Source: an uncultured Gammaproteobacteria bacterium (GTDB taxonomy: Bacteria; Patescibacteriota; Microgenomatia; Daviesbacterales; UBA10151). Taken from it: a DNA stretch of 64,000 bases. The translations under genes and the position numbers were made by a program. The stretch covers positions 104,502 to 168,501 of the forward strand of contig CAYUPO010000001.1 of assembly GCA_964446685.1 (NCBI GenBank). Reading direction: 5' to 3'. Below the pieces are notes generated by a model. That model worked only from the letters and a program-made list of their open reading frames with translations, searched no databases and was not told where the DNA came from. Shown piece by piece: positions 1 to 8,996 of this stretch (its first letter is position 1; every line of letters begins with the position of its first letter).

Positions 1-159
1 TATCATATTTTCCCTGTCATTCTGATCCGCCAGCTGGCGGAGAAGAATCTCTGAACCGATTCGGCCTGAGGGCTCACGGTCTCGAAGACTTGTTTCAGAT
101 CTTAGACCTCGCATTCGCGAGAGATCCTTCACTTCGTTCAGGATAACATGCTCCAGCCC
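1..159. repeat. cluster of palindromic elements downstream of purE (GTCATTCTG..., CCGCCAGCTGGCGG, and CTGAACCGATTCGG...CTTGTTTCAG copy at 51-98)
   Basis: 51-98 is nearly identical (2 indels) to 27965-28011 inside rarA. Confidence 0.6.
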
Positions 160-675
160 TTATTTGTTTAAATATTTTTTATATCCTGCTTTTTCTAACT
201 TGGCATTTTTTTCTAAAACCATTTTCTCCAAATCTTTCATGTAATTATTTAACATGCTAGTTAGTTTTTCATCACTAGCAGCTAATATTTTTACTGCCAA
301 AAGTCCGGCATTTTTTGCTCCATTGATAGCAACAGTTGCAACTGGAATCCCAGGAGGCATCTGAACTATCGAATAAAGTGAATCTACTCCACTCAGTGTT
401 TTTGTCTGAACCGGTACTCCGATGACTGGTAAAGTTGTCAGTGATGCAACCATTCCTGGTAAATGAGCTGAGCCACCAGCTCCAGCGATAATTACTTTCA
501 ACCCTCTCTCCTGAGCTGATTGAGCATAGTCATACATCAGCTTAGGAGTCCGATGAGCTGAAACAATTTTTATCTCATATTCAACCCCAAACTCTTCCAG
601 CATTTCGGATGCCTCTTTCATAATCGGCAGATCAGAATCAGATCCCATGATGATACTTATAATAGGTTTATGCAT
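160..675 (-). CDS. purE: N5-carboxyaminoimidazole ribonucleotide mutase (PurE)
   Basis: 171 aa; [18 protein letters not shown] motif typical of class I PurE; adjacent to purK. Confidence 0.9.
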   Translation of the reverse strand: MHKPIISIIMGSDSDLPIMKEASEMLEEFGVEYEIKIVSAHRTPKLMYDYAQSAQERGLKVIIAGAGGSAHLPGMVASLTTLPVIGVPVQTKTLSGVDSLYSIVQMPPGIPVATVAINGAKNAGLLAVKILAASDEKLTSMLNNYMKDLEKMVLEKNAKLEKAGYKKYLNK

Positions 676-767
676 AATTTTTTTTGTATTTTCTCACTTC
701 GTTCGAAAAATATTTTAATGCGGAGCAGCAAGCTCTGCTTATTGTTCGAGAGAATTCGAGAACTTTC

Positions 768-1895
768 CTAAATGCTAATGTATTTCCTCGCTGCTCTGGC
801 TTTTTTCCAGGCGTCGTTAATACTTTTTCCAACGGCATTGATATGACCCATTTTTCTTTCTATTTTAGTTTCGGCTTTTCCATACAGATGAATAAATACC
901 CCAGGAATTGCCAGAGCCCTTTCCATCCCTTTAACTTCAGATGCACCTGACCTGGTTCCTAAAATATTGACCATCACCACTGATGGATATATTAACTCAG
1001 TTTTGCCCAAAGGCATACCGGTAATTGCCCGGATGTGTTGTTGGAATTGATTGGTGAGCGAAGCGTCCATCGTGTAGTGCCCACTGTTATGAACCCGGGG
1101 AGCTATTTCATTAACTATCACTTTTCCCTGCTTGGTAACAAACATTTCAATTCCAAAAATCCCTGCGCCTTTTAATACTTTCATAACTTCGGCTGCTGTT
1201 TCCTCAGATTTTTTTATAATATTTTTGGATACTCTGGCCGGAACAAAAACAGTATGACAGATATTATTTTTATGAACTGTTTCAACAACCGGATGAGTTT
1301 TTATTTCACCTTTGGTATTTCTGGCCACCATTACTGCAACTTCTTTGCTAAATGGAATCCAACCTTCAACATACAACGATTTACCATGAAGTTTTTTTAA
1401 AGCATAATCGATTTGAGTTTTGTTTTTGATTACCACATTTCCTTTTCCATCATAGCCCCCTACTCTGGCTTTTAAAACTAATGGATATCCCAGTTCTTCG
1501 GCTGCTTTTTCAATATCATCTTTGGTTTCAATCGCCATAAATGGAGCCACCGGAATTTTGTATTTCGTTAAAAATTGTTTTTGGATTAACTTATCTTTGA
1601 TTATTTCCAAAGTTTTAGCAGATGGGTTGACACTAATTCCTGATTTAGCCAGTTCATCCAGTAATACTGAATTAGCCAGTTCCCACTCGATGGTTAAAAA
1701 ATCAGATCTCTCAGCTAATGTTTTCATTGCTTTTGGATCATCCAGACTGGCCAGAATCTGTTTGTCTGCTACCTGACCGGCAGGAGAATTTGGCGTAGGA
1801 TCCAGCACAGTCACAAAAAAACCCAATTTTTTTGCTTCAAAAATCAACATCCGTGCTAACTGCCCTCCCCCAACTATTCCAATTCTATTTTTCAT
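768..1895 (-). CDS. purK: N5-carboxyaminoimidazole ribonucleotide synthase (PurK, ATP-grasp)
   Basis: 375 aa; IGIVGGGQLARM N-terminus, ATP-grasp core, overlaps purE operon partner. Confidence 0.9.
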   Translation of the reverse strand: MKNRIGIVGGGQLARMLIFEAKKLGFFVTVLDPTPNSPAGQVADKQILASLDDPKAMKTLAERSDFLTIEWELANSVLLDELAKSGISVNPSAKTLEIIKDKLIQKQFLTKYKIPVAPFMAIETKDDIEKAAEELGYPLVLKARVGGYDGKGNVVIKNKTQIDYALKKLHGKSLYVEGWIPFSKEVAVMVARNTKGEIKTHPVVETVHKNNICHTVFVPARVSKNIIKKSEETAAEVMKVLKGAGIFGIEMFVTKQGKVIVNEIAPRVHNSGHYTMDASLTNQFQQHIRAITGMPLGKTELIYPSVVMVNILGTRSGASEVKGMERALAIPGVFIHLYGKAETKIERKMGHINAVGKSINDAWKKARAARKYISI

Positions 1896-2541
1896 TGTTA
1901 ATTGATTGTATTATATCTGGAATTTCTCTTAAATCCTCAATAACATAGTCTGCCAAAGAGAAGTCGATTGTTTGATTATGAGTGCCTTTACGAGCTATAA
2001 GAATCATATTTGCAGACTTTGCTGCATTAAACCCATGAACTGAATCTTCAATTACTACTGATTCAATTGGACTGACATTTAATAAGTATGCCGCTTTTAA
2101 GAAAATTTCGGGATCTGGCTTTGACTTTTTTACCATAGTACCAAACATTTTTGCGTTAAAAAAATCTAATAAATTATTCCGGCTTAATACCGCTTCAGCA
2201 TATTTTTCTTCTGTTGATGTAGCTAATGCTTGTTTATACATTTTTGACAGTACATCCATTACTTCATATGCAAAAGAAATGGTACCTACTTTATTTACAA
2301 AATCTTCTTCTATTAGCTGATTGCGTGCATCCATTAATAAATCCAGATTAATCTTTTTTCCACTTTTTTTAATTACATCATTAAATTCTTCCTCAATCTT
2401 GGTACCCGAATATCTTTTTGTAATTTCTTCTGGAGTAATATTAATACCTGATGATTTCAGGGCTTGTGATTCAATCTGGGCATGAATATGTTCAGAATCT
2501 ATTAACACTCCATCCATATCCCAAATTATTGCTTTTATCAT
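1885..2541 (-). CDS. HAD-superfamily hydrolase (beta-phosphoglucomutase-like subfamily IA)
   Basis: 218 aa; IIWDMDGVLIDSE motif I; C-terminal GDxxxD-like motif. Confidence 0.6.
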   Translation of the reverse strand: MIKAIIWDMDGVLIDSEHIHAQIESQALKSSGINITPEEITKRYSGTKIEEEFNDVIKKSGKKINLDLLMDARNQLIEEDFVNKVGTISFAYEVMDVLSKMYKQALATSTEEKYAEAVLSRNNLLDFFNAKMFGTMVKKSKPDPEIFLKAAYLLNVSPIESVVIEDSVHGFNAAKSANMILIARKGTHNQTIDFSLADYVIEDLREIPDIIQSINNEK

Positions 2542-2584
2542 AATTAAATTTTCTGTCGTAATAACAATCTAACAATTCAACAAT

Positions 2585-3988
2585 CTAAACAATTATTTTT
2601 CTTATTTTATTTACCAGTTTTTTTGCTCTTTGTGGTGCAGTTCCGAGATGGTTTGTGATCTGTAAACATTCGTTGATCTCGGGTGAAGAAAGGAACTGTT
2701 TAATGTATTTATCCTGAGTAATATTTTCTGCAAGTTCGTTTTTTTCTCCGTTTTGAATTTTATCCCATGAAGCTATGGCATAATCTCTGATCAGATGATG
2801 CATTTTTTGCCTGTCAGCGCCTTTTTTAACTGCTTTTAAAATAACTTCTTCAGTGGCAGTAAATGATGCAAATTTTTCTAAATTGTTTTTTACCTGAGTT
2901 GTATTGACGGTAAAATCTTTAGCAATTTTTTGTGATGAAGAAAGGATTTCATCAACGGCTAAAAACATTTCCGGCATATATGATCTTTTATTGGCTGAAT
3001 CATCTATTGTCCGCTCCAAAAGTGATAAAGCTGCATTGTCCCAGGCGTTTCTTTCAAGGGAAACAACTAATCTGGCCAAGGAACAAATTTGTTCTGACTT
3101 GATCGGATTTTTCTTAAAAGGCATCGCGGATGACCCAACCTGATTTTTGCCAAAAGGTTCAACCCATTCGCCAAAGCCTGCTGACTGGAGGACTCTAACA
3201 TCAAAAGCAAATTTATGCAGTGATTGAGCGATTGATGAAAGCAGTTGGGCAACTAAAGTATCAAATTTACGGGGAGATGTCTGACCGGCAATTAAAACCG
3301 GTTCTACTCCAAGATTTGTCATAATTTGTTTTTCAAAATCGGCTGATTCCTTTTCCCCAATTAACTTACTGTAACTAGCGGCTGTTCCAACAGCCCCTTT
3401 TAATCCTTTGGCTCTAAACTGTTTTTTGACAAATTCCAGATGCTCCAAGTCCAGCAATAAATCCTGAGCATACATCGCCAGACGATAACCAATAGTTGTT
3501 GGTTCAGCTGCCTGAAGATGGGTATAGGCTAAAGTTGGAGTTGTCAGATACTGATCGATTTTATCGGCAAAAATATTTAATAGCTCTTTTAGGCTTTTTT
3601 CAGTAATACTAAGCGCTTCCTGAACTCTAAGTGAATCAGTATTATCTACAATATCCATACTGGTTGCGCCAAGATGGATTTTACCTCCCCCTACTACTGC
3701 TTTCTCTGCAAATTCTCTGATTCCTGCGACAAGGTCATGGTGTGTTTCTTTTTCAATTTCAGAAATCCGATTTATATCAATGTTATTTTGATTCTTTTTA
3801 AGATCAGCGAGTTCTTTCTTTGAAACCAAACCAAATTTGGCCTGAGCAGTTGCTATTTCCACCCAGATTTTTCTCCATAACTGATATTTTCTTTCTTCTG
3901 AAAATATTTGTCTCATTGCTGCGCAGCCGTATCGCCAGGAGAAGGGGGATTGAAATGTAGAGTAATCAGTTTTCATTATTAACGACAT
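2585..3988 (-). CDS. purB: adenylosuccinate lyase (PurB)
   Basis: 467 aa; fumarate-lyase family signature GSSAMPFKKNP; overall PurB-like. Confidence 0.9.
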   Translation of the reverse strand: MSLIMKTDYSTFQSPFSWRYGCAAMRQIFSEERKYQLWRKIWVEIATAQAKFGLVSKKELADLKKNQNNIDINRISEIEKETHHDLVAGIREFAEKAVVGGGKIHLGATSMDIVDNTDSLRVQEALSITEKSLKELLNIFADKIDQYLTTPTLAYTHLQAAEPTTIGYRLAMYAQDLLLDLEHLEFVKKQFRAKGLKGAVGTAASYSKLIGEKESADFEKQIMTNLGVEPVLIAGQTSPRKFDTLVAQLLSSIAQSLHKFAFDVRVLQSAGFGEWVEPFGKNQVGSSAMPFKKNPIKSEQICSLARLVVSLERNAWDNAALSLLERTIDDSANKRSYMPEMFLAVDEILSSSQKIAKDFTVNTTQVKNNLEKFASFTATEEVILKAVKKGADRQKMHHLIRDYAIASWDKIQNGEKNELAENITQDKYIKQFLSSPEINECLQITNHLGTAPQRAKKLVNKIRKIIV

Positions 3989-4028
3989 TGCGAGAATGAG
4001 TCTTCGAATGACGAAGCAATCTCACAAC
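3985..4028. repeat. palindromic-element family member (CATTGCGAG...GACGAAGCAAT)
   Basis: shares the CATTGCGAG / CTCGCAATG core with 4154-4167. Confidence 0.4.
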
Positions 4029-4097
4029 ATTAAGTCAACCAAGTAACAAAGTTAATTCTTAGAAACAGATTGCCGCGCGTTAATTCTTAGTAATTTC

Positions 4098-4167
4098 GCT
4101 CGCCACGATCAGTTTCATGATTGTGGCTCGCCACGATCAGTTTCATGATTGTGGCTCGCAATGACGG
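4098..4167. repeat. 28-bp tandem direct repeat x2.5 (GCTCGCCACGATCAGTTTCATGATTGTG)
   Basis: two perfect units 4098-4125 and 4126-4153, then a partial third. Confidence 0.8.
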
Positions 4168-4171
4168 TTTC

Positions 4172-5278
4172 CTAACTCAGTATTAACTCAAGTTTATTTT
4201 GACCCACTGCCAGCTTGATTTCTTTTGCTACTCTTCTACCAACTGTAATCGGCTCACCGTATAAATATCCGGCATATGGGGTAGCTGAAATTCCCGGACT
4301 TCCCGGCATTCGGGGTGAAACATCAAAGACGACTATTTCTTTTTTTGGTGGACCAGGTAATATCATCGCCTGTAACCCAAATGGACCAATCACCCCTGGA
4401 TCTACATGTTTGGCTGCAGCGGCAACAAATCTTTCACCCATGGCAAATATATCTCCCAGTAAAGATTCTAAAACAGTGACTGCTATATGACCGGCTTCTT
4501 CGTATTTGACAGAAATACTTTGAATAACTTTTTCAATATCTACTCCAGGAATTTTGCTGAATCCTTCCAAATTAGTTTGTCTTCTGGTATCAGTGCCTGA
4601 GAGTTCAAGACGTTTAGTAATTGGAGAATAAAAATAATTAAAATTAACCTGTACCCCAACCAGAAACTCTTCAATCACTACTTTTTTAAGTTGCTCCTCT
4701 GTAAAATCTCCTCTTTCAAGTCTTAGTTCAACTTCTGACTGAAATTCTTTATAAGATGAGACAGTGAAAAAAGATCTTTCAAACCCTCTTTCCTGTTCCA
4801 GTACTTTGACCAGACATAATCTATCTATTTTTTTAGGATCGGTAAATTGTTTAGGGTAGCGAATTTTAGCTGCATCCAGTAAGTCATATTGATTTGGTTT
4901 GACTCCCCGTTCTTCAGTTTTGAGTAAAAATTTATTTCCAAACATCGGAACTTTAAACTTCTTTTCAATCGATGGATAGTCATTGAGATAGACCTCAAAT
5001 GATCTGTTGGGAACAAAGATGACATTTTTTTCTAACAGTTTTTTTTGAATATCAGGATTTAAAATATCTTTAAATTTTTCCAGTTCTAAAACCTCATCTA
5101 CACAACCTAATTCACCATTAGTTTTATAATGTTTACTGTAGACATCACCTCGGCCTTTTTGAGTAATAACCAGTGTTTTAAATCCTTCATCTTTGGCCCC
5201 TCTGGCAACATCTAAGGCAGAATGAGAACCAATAGAAGCAACTGTGATGTTTTGGCTGGTGTAAGATTTAAGATTCAT
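4172..5278 (-). CDS. purP: 5-formaminoimidazole-4-carboxamide ribonucleotide synthetase, archaeal-type (PurP), paralog 1
   Basis: 368 aa; N-terminal IGSHSALDV..GAKDEGF motif and ATP-grasp body match archaeal PurP. Confidence 0.7.
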   Translation of the reverse strand: MNLKSYTSQNITVASIGSHSALDVARGAKDEGFKTLVITQKGRGDVYSKHYKTNGELGCVDEVLELEKFKDILNPDIQKKLLEKNVIFVPNRSFEVYLNDYPSIEKKFKVPMFGNKFLLKTEERGVKPNQYDLLDAAKIRYPKQFTDPKKIDRLCLVKVLEQERGFERSFFTVSSYKEFQSEVELRLERGDFTEEQLKKVVIEEFLVGVQVNFNYFYSPITKRLELSGTDTRRQTNLEGFSKIPGVDIEKVIQSISVKYEEAGHIAVTVLESLLGDIFAMGERFVAAAAKHVDPGVIGPFGLQAMILPGPPKKEIVVFDVSPRMPGSPGISATPYAGYLYGEPITVGRRVAKEIKLAVGQNKLELILS

Positions 5279-5291
5279 GATTTACTAATTA

Positions 5292-5615
5292 TCAACTGCC
5301 CCCTACATCTGTCATTCTGGCTTGTCCAGAATCAAACAAAGTAGTATACAAATCGACCATTTCTGGATTCAAACTTTCTATCATTTTAAGTTTATTATCC
5401 CTATTCATATTTTTTATTTGTTTTTCCCGGATAATTCCTTCTATCTGTCCTTCAACAACTTCATAGTACAAAAGCTTATGCAAATGATACTTCCTAGTAA
5501 ATCCATCTACCAATTCTTCTTTATGCTCAGTAACTCTTTTTATTAAGTCACTTGTGACACCTGTATACAATGTAGGTCTATTATTACCCATAATGTAAAC
5601 ATACATCTGTTTCAT
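5292..5615 (-). CDS. GIY-YIG nuclease family protein (COG2827/YhbQ-like URI domain)
   Basis: 107 aa; YVYIMGNNRPTLYTGVTSDLIKRVTEH = GIY-YIG core; bracketed by inverted repeats 5311-5333 / 5624-5690. Confidence 0.7.
   Translation of the reverse strand: MKQMYVYIMGNNRPTLYTGVTSDLIKRVTEHKEELVDGFTRKYHLHKLLYYEVVEGQIEGIIREKQIKNMNRDNKLKMIESLNPEMVDLYTTLFDSGQARMTDVGGS
5311..5333. repeat. left inverted repeat flanking GIY-YIG gene 1 (GTCATTCTGGCTTGTCCAGAATC)
   Basis: reverse-complement halves found at 5624-5635 and 5680-5690. Confidence 0.65.
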
Positions 5616-5623
5616 CTTGTTTA

Positions 5624-5690
5624 GATTCTGGACAGATATTTTTAAGGCTAAGTTAATTCCAATCTAAACAATTAAGGTAGCCAGAATGAC
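5624..5690. repeat. right inverted repeat flanking GIY-YIG gene 1 (GATTCTGGACAG ... GCCAGAATGAC)
   Basis: RC of the left-repeat halves, split by a ~44-bp spacer. Confidence 0.6.
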
Positions 5691-5696
5691 AAATGG

Positions 5697-6725
5697 TTAA
5701 TTTAATATAAGTTCAAGTTTTTTCTGTTCGATAGCCCTCTTGATCTCTCTGGCTATTCTTCTTCCGGTACTCATTGGTTCATCATAATTTAAATCAGAAT
5801 AAGAGCTGCCATTGGTAAACAAATTAGTTCCGGCGACTATCCGGCAGGAAATTTCCATCGCCACAAATTTTTGATCTGGTGTTATAACAGTTTCCAAGCA
5901 AAATGGACCAAACAAGCCTTTTTTATCGATTAATTCTTTTGATGAACGAATAACTGACTCTCCCATAGCATAAGCTTCAGGTAAAAGGGATTCTCTTAGT
6001 ACTAGTGGACTATTGCCTACAACAACATAGCTTGGATCAATGTCTAATCCTTCCTGTCCGTGAAGCGGGATTCTGCCTAATCCATCAACATTGGTTTCAT
6101 ATCGTCTGTCCATCGACATTATTTCTATTTCTCCTGTCAGTGGAGAATGGAAGTAATGAATATAAAGTGTTACACCAATTACATATTCCTGAATAATAAA
6201 TTCATCAGTTTTGAGACTTTTTATTTTTTTAAGGAAATCTTCTTTATCACGAGCATAAAAATAACCTTTTCCTCCAGCTGCACCATATGTTTTTACAATT
6301 ACCGGATAGGTCACATCATCTAAATCATCAAATTGTTTTGGCATTGGTATTCTGGCATGAAGCAACCACTCCCTTTGCATTCCTCTATCCCCTTCCCAGT
6401 CCAGGACAGCTTTATTACCAAAATAAGGAATAGACAATTTTTTGTTGTTTTCAGTACCAAGATAAGCCACAAATGAACCATGAGGAACTAAAATGATATT
6501 TTGTTTAAGAAGCTGCTTTTCAACTTTTTTAAACTGACTAAAATGAGGAACAGTTAAAATAGTATCGATAAATTTAAACCGCTTGTAGAAAGACTCCCTT
6601 TCATGGGTCGTAACAATCAGTGTTTTAAAACCTTCTTGTTTAGCTCCATGCAGAATCTGAAGAGAAGAATGCGAACCCAAAGTTGCAATAGTGTAATCAC
6701 TAAATTTCATTGTATTGTGAAACAA
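5697..6725 (-). CDS. purP: archaeal-type FAICAR synthetase (PurP), paralog 2
   Basis: 342 aa; TLGSHSSLQILHGAKQEGF motif; ~40% identical to paralog 1 by eye, so an old duplication. Confidence 0.7.
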   Translation of the reverse strand: MFHNTMKFSDYTIATLGSHSSLQILHGAKQEGFKTLIVTTHERESFYKRFKFIDTILTVPHFSQFKKVEKQLLKQNIILVPHGSFVAYLGTENNKKLSIPYFGNKAVLDWEGDRGMQREWLLHARIPMPKQFDDLDDVTYPVIVKTYGAAGGKGYFYARDKEDFLKKIKSLKTDEFIIQEYVIGVTLYIHYFHSPLTGEIEIMSMDRRYETNVDGLGRIPLHGQEGLDIDPSYVVVGNSPLVLRESLLPEAYAMGESVIRSSKELIDKKGLFGPFCLETVITPDQKFVAMEISCRIVAGTNLFTNGSSYSDLNYDEPMSTGRRIAREIKRAIEQKKLELILN

Positions 6726-6845
6726 ATTGAAAAGATCAAAGAATTATAGATAACACCTCGAATAGTTTCAAGAGACTTTTCAATATATTGTATAGCTTAT
6801 AAAGTCCGATTTGTCCAGATGATATATTGATGCAACAACAATTCA

Positions 6846-7409
6846 TTGGTAAACTCAGCTCTAACAATGACTGAATTACCTGAAAGAAGAACAATCTATA
6901 TTGGTGAAAGAGCCGTAGATACAGCTTTAATCATAGAAGCTTCAGATTCGTTACTCGATTGCAATTTACAGGTAGTAGATGCCTTGCAACAAAATTTATC
7001 AATTATTAATCCTGGACTTGATACCAGACCTGAAAGTTTTGCTGTTCGACAAGCCTTAGATAAAATATCTCTCGGTGAAAAATTACGCAAGCGTTGGAAA
7101 AAAGATGAAGTTGCCTTAGTAAGACTGCTGGTAGAGTCCGGAATACATACTCATCCTGCTAAAATTTGGGATAAAATTCTGCATATCTTTCCTTATGCCA
7201 GAGAACTTCCGAGAAAGGACGATGCAGAAAATTTTCTTAATTCAAGAAAGGCAAGTATTCAAGTTATTCAATCACCAGCTATGAAATACCGATTAGGAAG
7301 TCTGAAAACTGCCGGCTTTACTATGGTTCAAAATACGATTTTGCGAGGCGCAATGCAAACCCAAACTTACATGTTACCAACTCATCCCGGAAGATTTAGT
7401 CCCAACTAA
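6846..7409 (+). CDS. hypothetical protein
   Basis: 187 aa ORF, no recognisable motif. Confidence 0.4.
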   Translation: MVNSALTMTELPERRTIYIGERAVDTALIIEASDSLLDCNLQVVDALQQNLSIINPGLDTRPESFAVRQALDKISLGEKLRKRWKKDEVALVRLLVESGIHTHPAKIWDKILHIFPYARELPRKDDAENFLNSRKASIQVIQSPAMKYRLGSLKTAGFTMVQNTILRGAMQTQTYMLPTHPGRFSPN

Positions 7410-7424
7410 TTAATAGCTACAGTT

Positions 7425-8996
7425 TTATTCCCATTCCATAGTTGCGGGAGGCTTTGTTGTTATATCATAAACTACTCTATTAACTTCTGTTACTTCGGTT
7501 ACTATTCTGTTTGAAATTTTCATTAATAATTCAAATGGTAAATTAGCTACATCTGCACTCATGGCATCTTTAGCATCCAGAGCTCTTAAGGCAATTGTTT
7601 CTCCATAAACTCTTTGATCACCTCTGACACCGGTTGTTTTGATGTTTGTAAAAATAGCAAAAGCCTGCCAGAGTTTGTCCTGCAATTTGGCTTTTAAAAT
7701 CTCTTCCTGGACTATAAAATCCGCTTGCCTTAAAATCTCTAAATTATAGTCAGTGACAGCTCCAATGATTCTAACTGCAAGGCCTGGACCTGGGAATGGC
7801 TGTCTTTTAACCACTGAATCCGGCATTCCCAGCAATTTACCAACCTGTCTGACTTGATCTTTATAAAAAAGCCGCAAAGGCTCAATTAGGGCCAGTTTCA
7901 TGACTTCTGGTAGCCCACCAACATTGTGATGGGACTTTATATTCTGAGAATGTTTGGTTCCCTGACTTTCTATCACATCTGGATAAATTGTGCCCTGGAC
8001 TAGAAATGTGGCACCAATCTTTTTGGCTTCTCTGTCAAAGATATCTATGAATGTTTTACCAATAATTTTTCTTTTGGTTTCCGGATCAACTACTCCTTTT
8101 AAGGCAGATAGAAATTCTTTTTTGGCATTAATGATCTGCACTTTCATGTGATAATGGTCTTTAAAAACTTTTTTCAAAACATCAGTTTCTCCTTTTCGCA
8201 TTAGTCCTGAATCAATATAAAAAGAAGTAAGCTTGGTTCCGATTGCCCGATGAACTAAGAGAGCAGCAACTGATGAATCGACTCCGCCGGATAAAGCGCA
8301 GATCGCTTTTTCATTACCAACCGACTCTTTAATATCTTCAATCATTTCAGCTACATATTTTTTATTTAAGGGAGATAACTCTGGTTTTAAACCACAGATT
8401 TTTAGAAAGTTGGATAAAATTGTTTCACCAAATTGGGTATGCACTAACTCTGGATGAAACTGAATACCAAAAAGTTTTCTTTTTTCATCTGACATAGCAG
8501 CCACAGGAATAGTTTTGGTAGTGGCATTTGTGACAAATCCTTTTGGTGGTTTCATTACTGAATCTCCATGCGACATCCAGACATTAAATTCCTCAGATGT
8601 TCCTTCAAATAAAGAATTTGCTTTTGATACCTTTCCTACATTTGATACCTTTAAATTAGCTGGCCCATACTCCCGTATTTTCCCTGGTTTTACATCTCCT
8701 TTTAAAAGGTGTGCCATCAGTTGCTGCCCATAACAAATCCCTAAAATTGGAATACCTAATTTAAATACCTCTTCAGAAATAGTTGGACTATCTTTTTCAT
8801 AAACAGAAGACGGCCCTCCTGAAAAAATAATCCCCATAACGTCATTCCCGCGACCTGTACTGAGCGAAGTCGAAGTAAAGCGGGAATCTAAATCAATATT
8901 CTCTGGCAAAATAATTTTTGTCTTCACCCCAAATTCATTTATTCTCCGGGAAATCAGATGTGTTGATTGTGAACCAAAATCGATAATTATTATCAT
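7425..8996 (-). CDS. guaA: GMP synthase, glutamine-hydrolysing (GuaA), carrying a 48-bp in-frame palindromic-element insertion
   Basis: 523 aa; GATase CYGQQ, FHPE, PP-loop SGGVDSSV; extra DSRFTSTSLSTGRGND encoded by repeat at 8841-8888. Confidence 0.9.
   Translation of the reverse strand: MIIIIDFGSQSTHLISRRINEFGVKTKIILPENIDLDSRFTSTSLSTGRGNDVMGIIFSGGPSSVYEKDSPTISEEVFKLGIPILGICYGQQLMAHLLKGDVKPGKIREYGPANLKVSNVGKVSKANSLFEGTSEEFNVWMSHGDSVMKPPKGFVTNATTKTIPVAAMSDEKRKLFGIQFHPELVHTQFGETILSNFLKICGLKPELSPLNKKYVAEMIEDIKESVGNEKAICALSGGVDSSVAALLVHRAIGTKLTSFYIDSGLMRKGETDVLKKVFKDHYHMKVQIINAKKEFLSALKGVVDPETKRKIIGKTFIDIFDREAKKIGATFLVQGTIYPDVIESQGTKHSQNIKSHHNVGGLPEVMKLALIEPLRLFYKDQVRQVGKLLGMPDSVVKRQPFPGPGLAVRIIGAVTDYNLEILRQADFIVQEEILKAKLQDKLWQAFAIFTNIKTTGVRGDQRVYGETIALRALDAKDAMSADVANLPFELLMKISNRIVTEVTEVNRVVYDITTKPPATMEWE
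8841..8888. mobile_element. 48-bp palindromic element inserted in-frame in guaA
   Basis: GTCATTCCCGCG...CTGAGCGAAGTCGAAG...GCGGGAATC; exactly 16 codons. Confidence 0.7.

Noticed and set aside
684-950. 88-aa plus-strand ORF
   Set aside because: Antisense to the 3' end of purK and spanning the purE-purK junction. No support.
4098-4167. Possible CRISPR array
   Set aside because: Only about 2.5 directly abutting copies of a 28-bp unit with no spacers. It is a tandem repeat, not a CRISPR.
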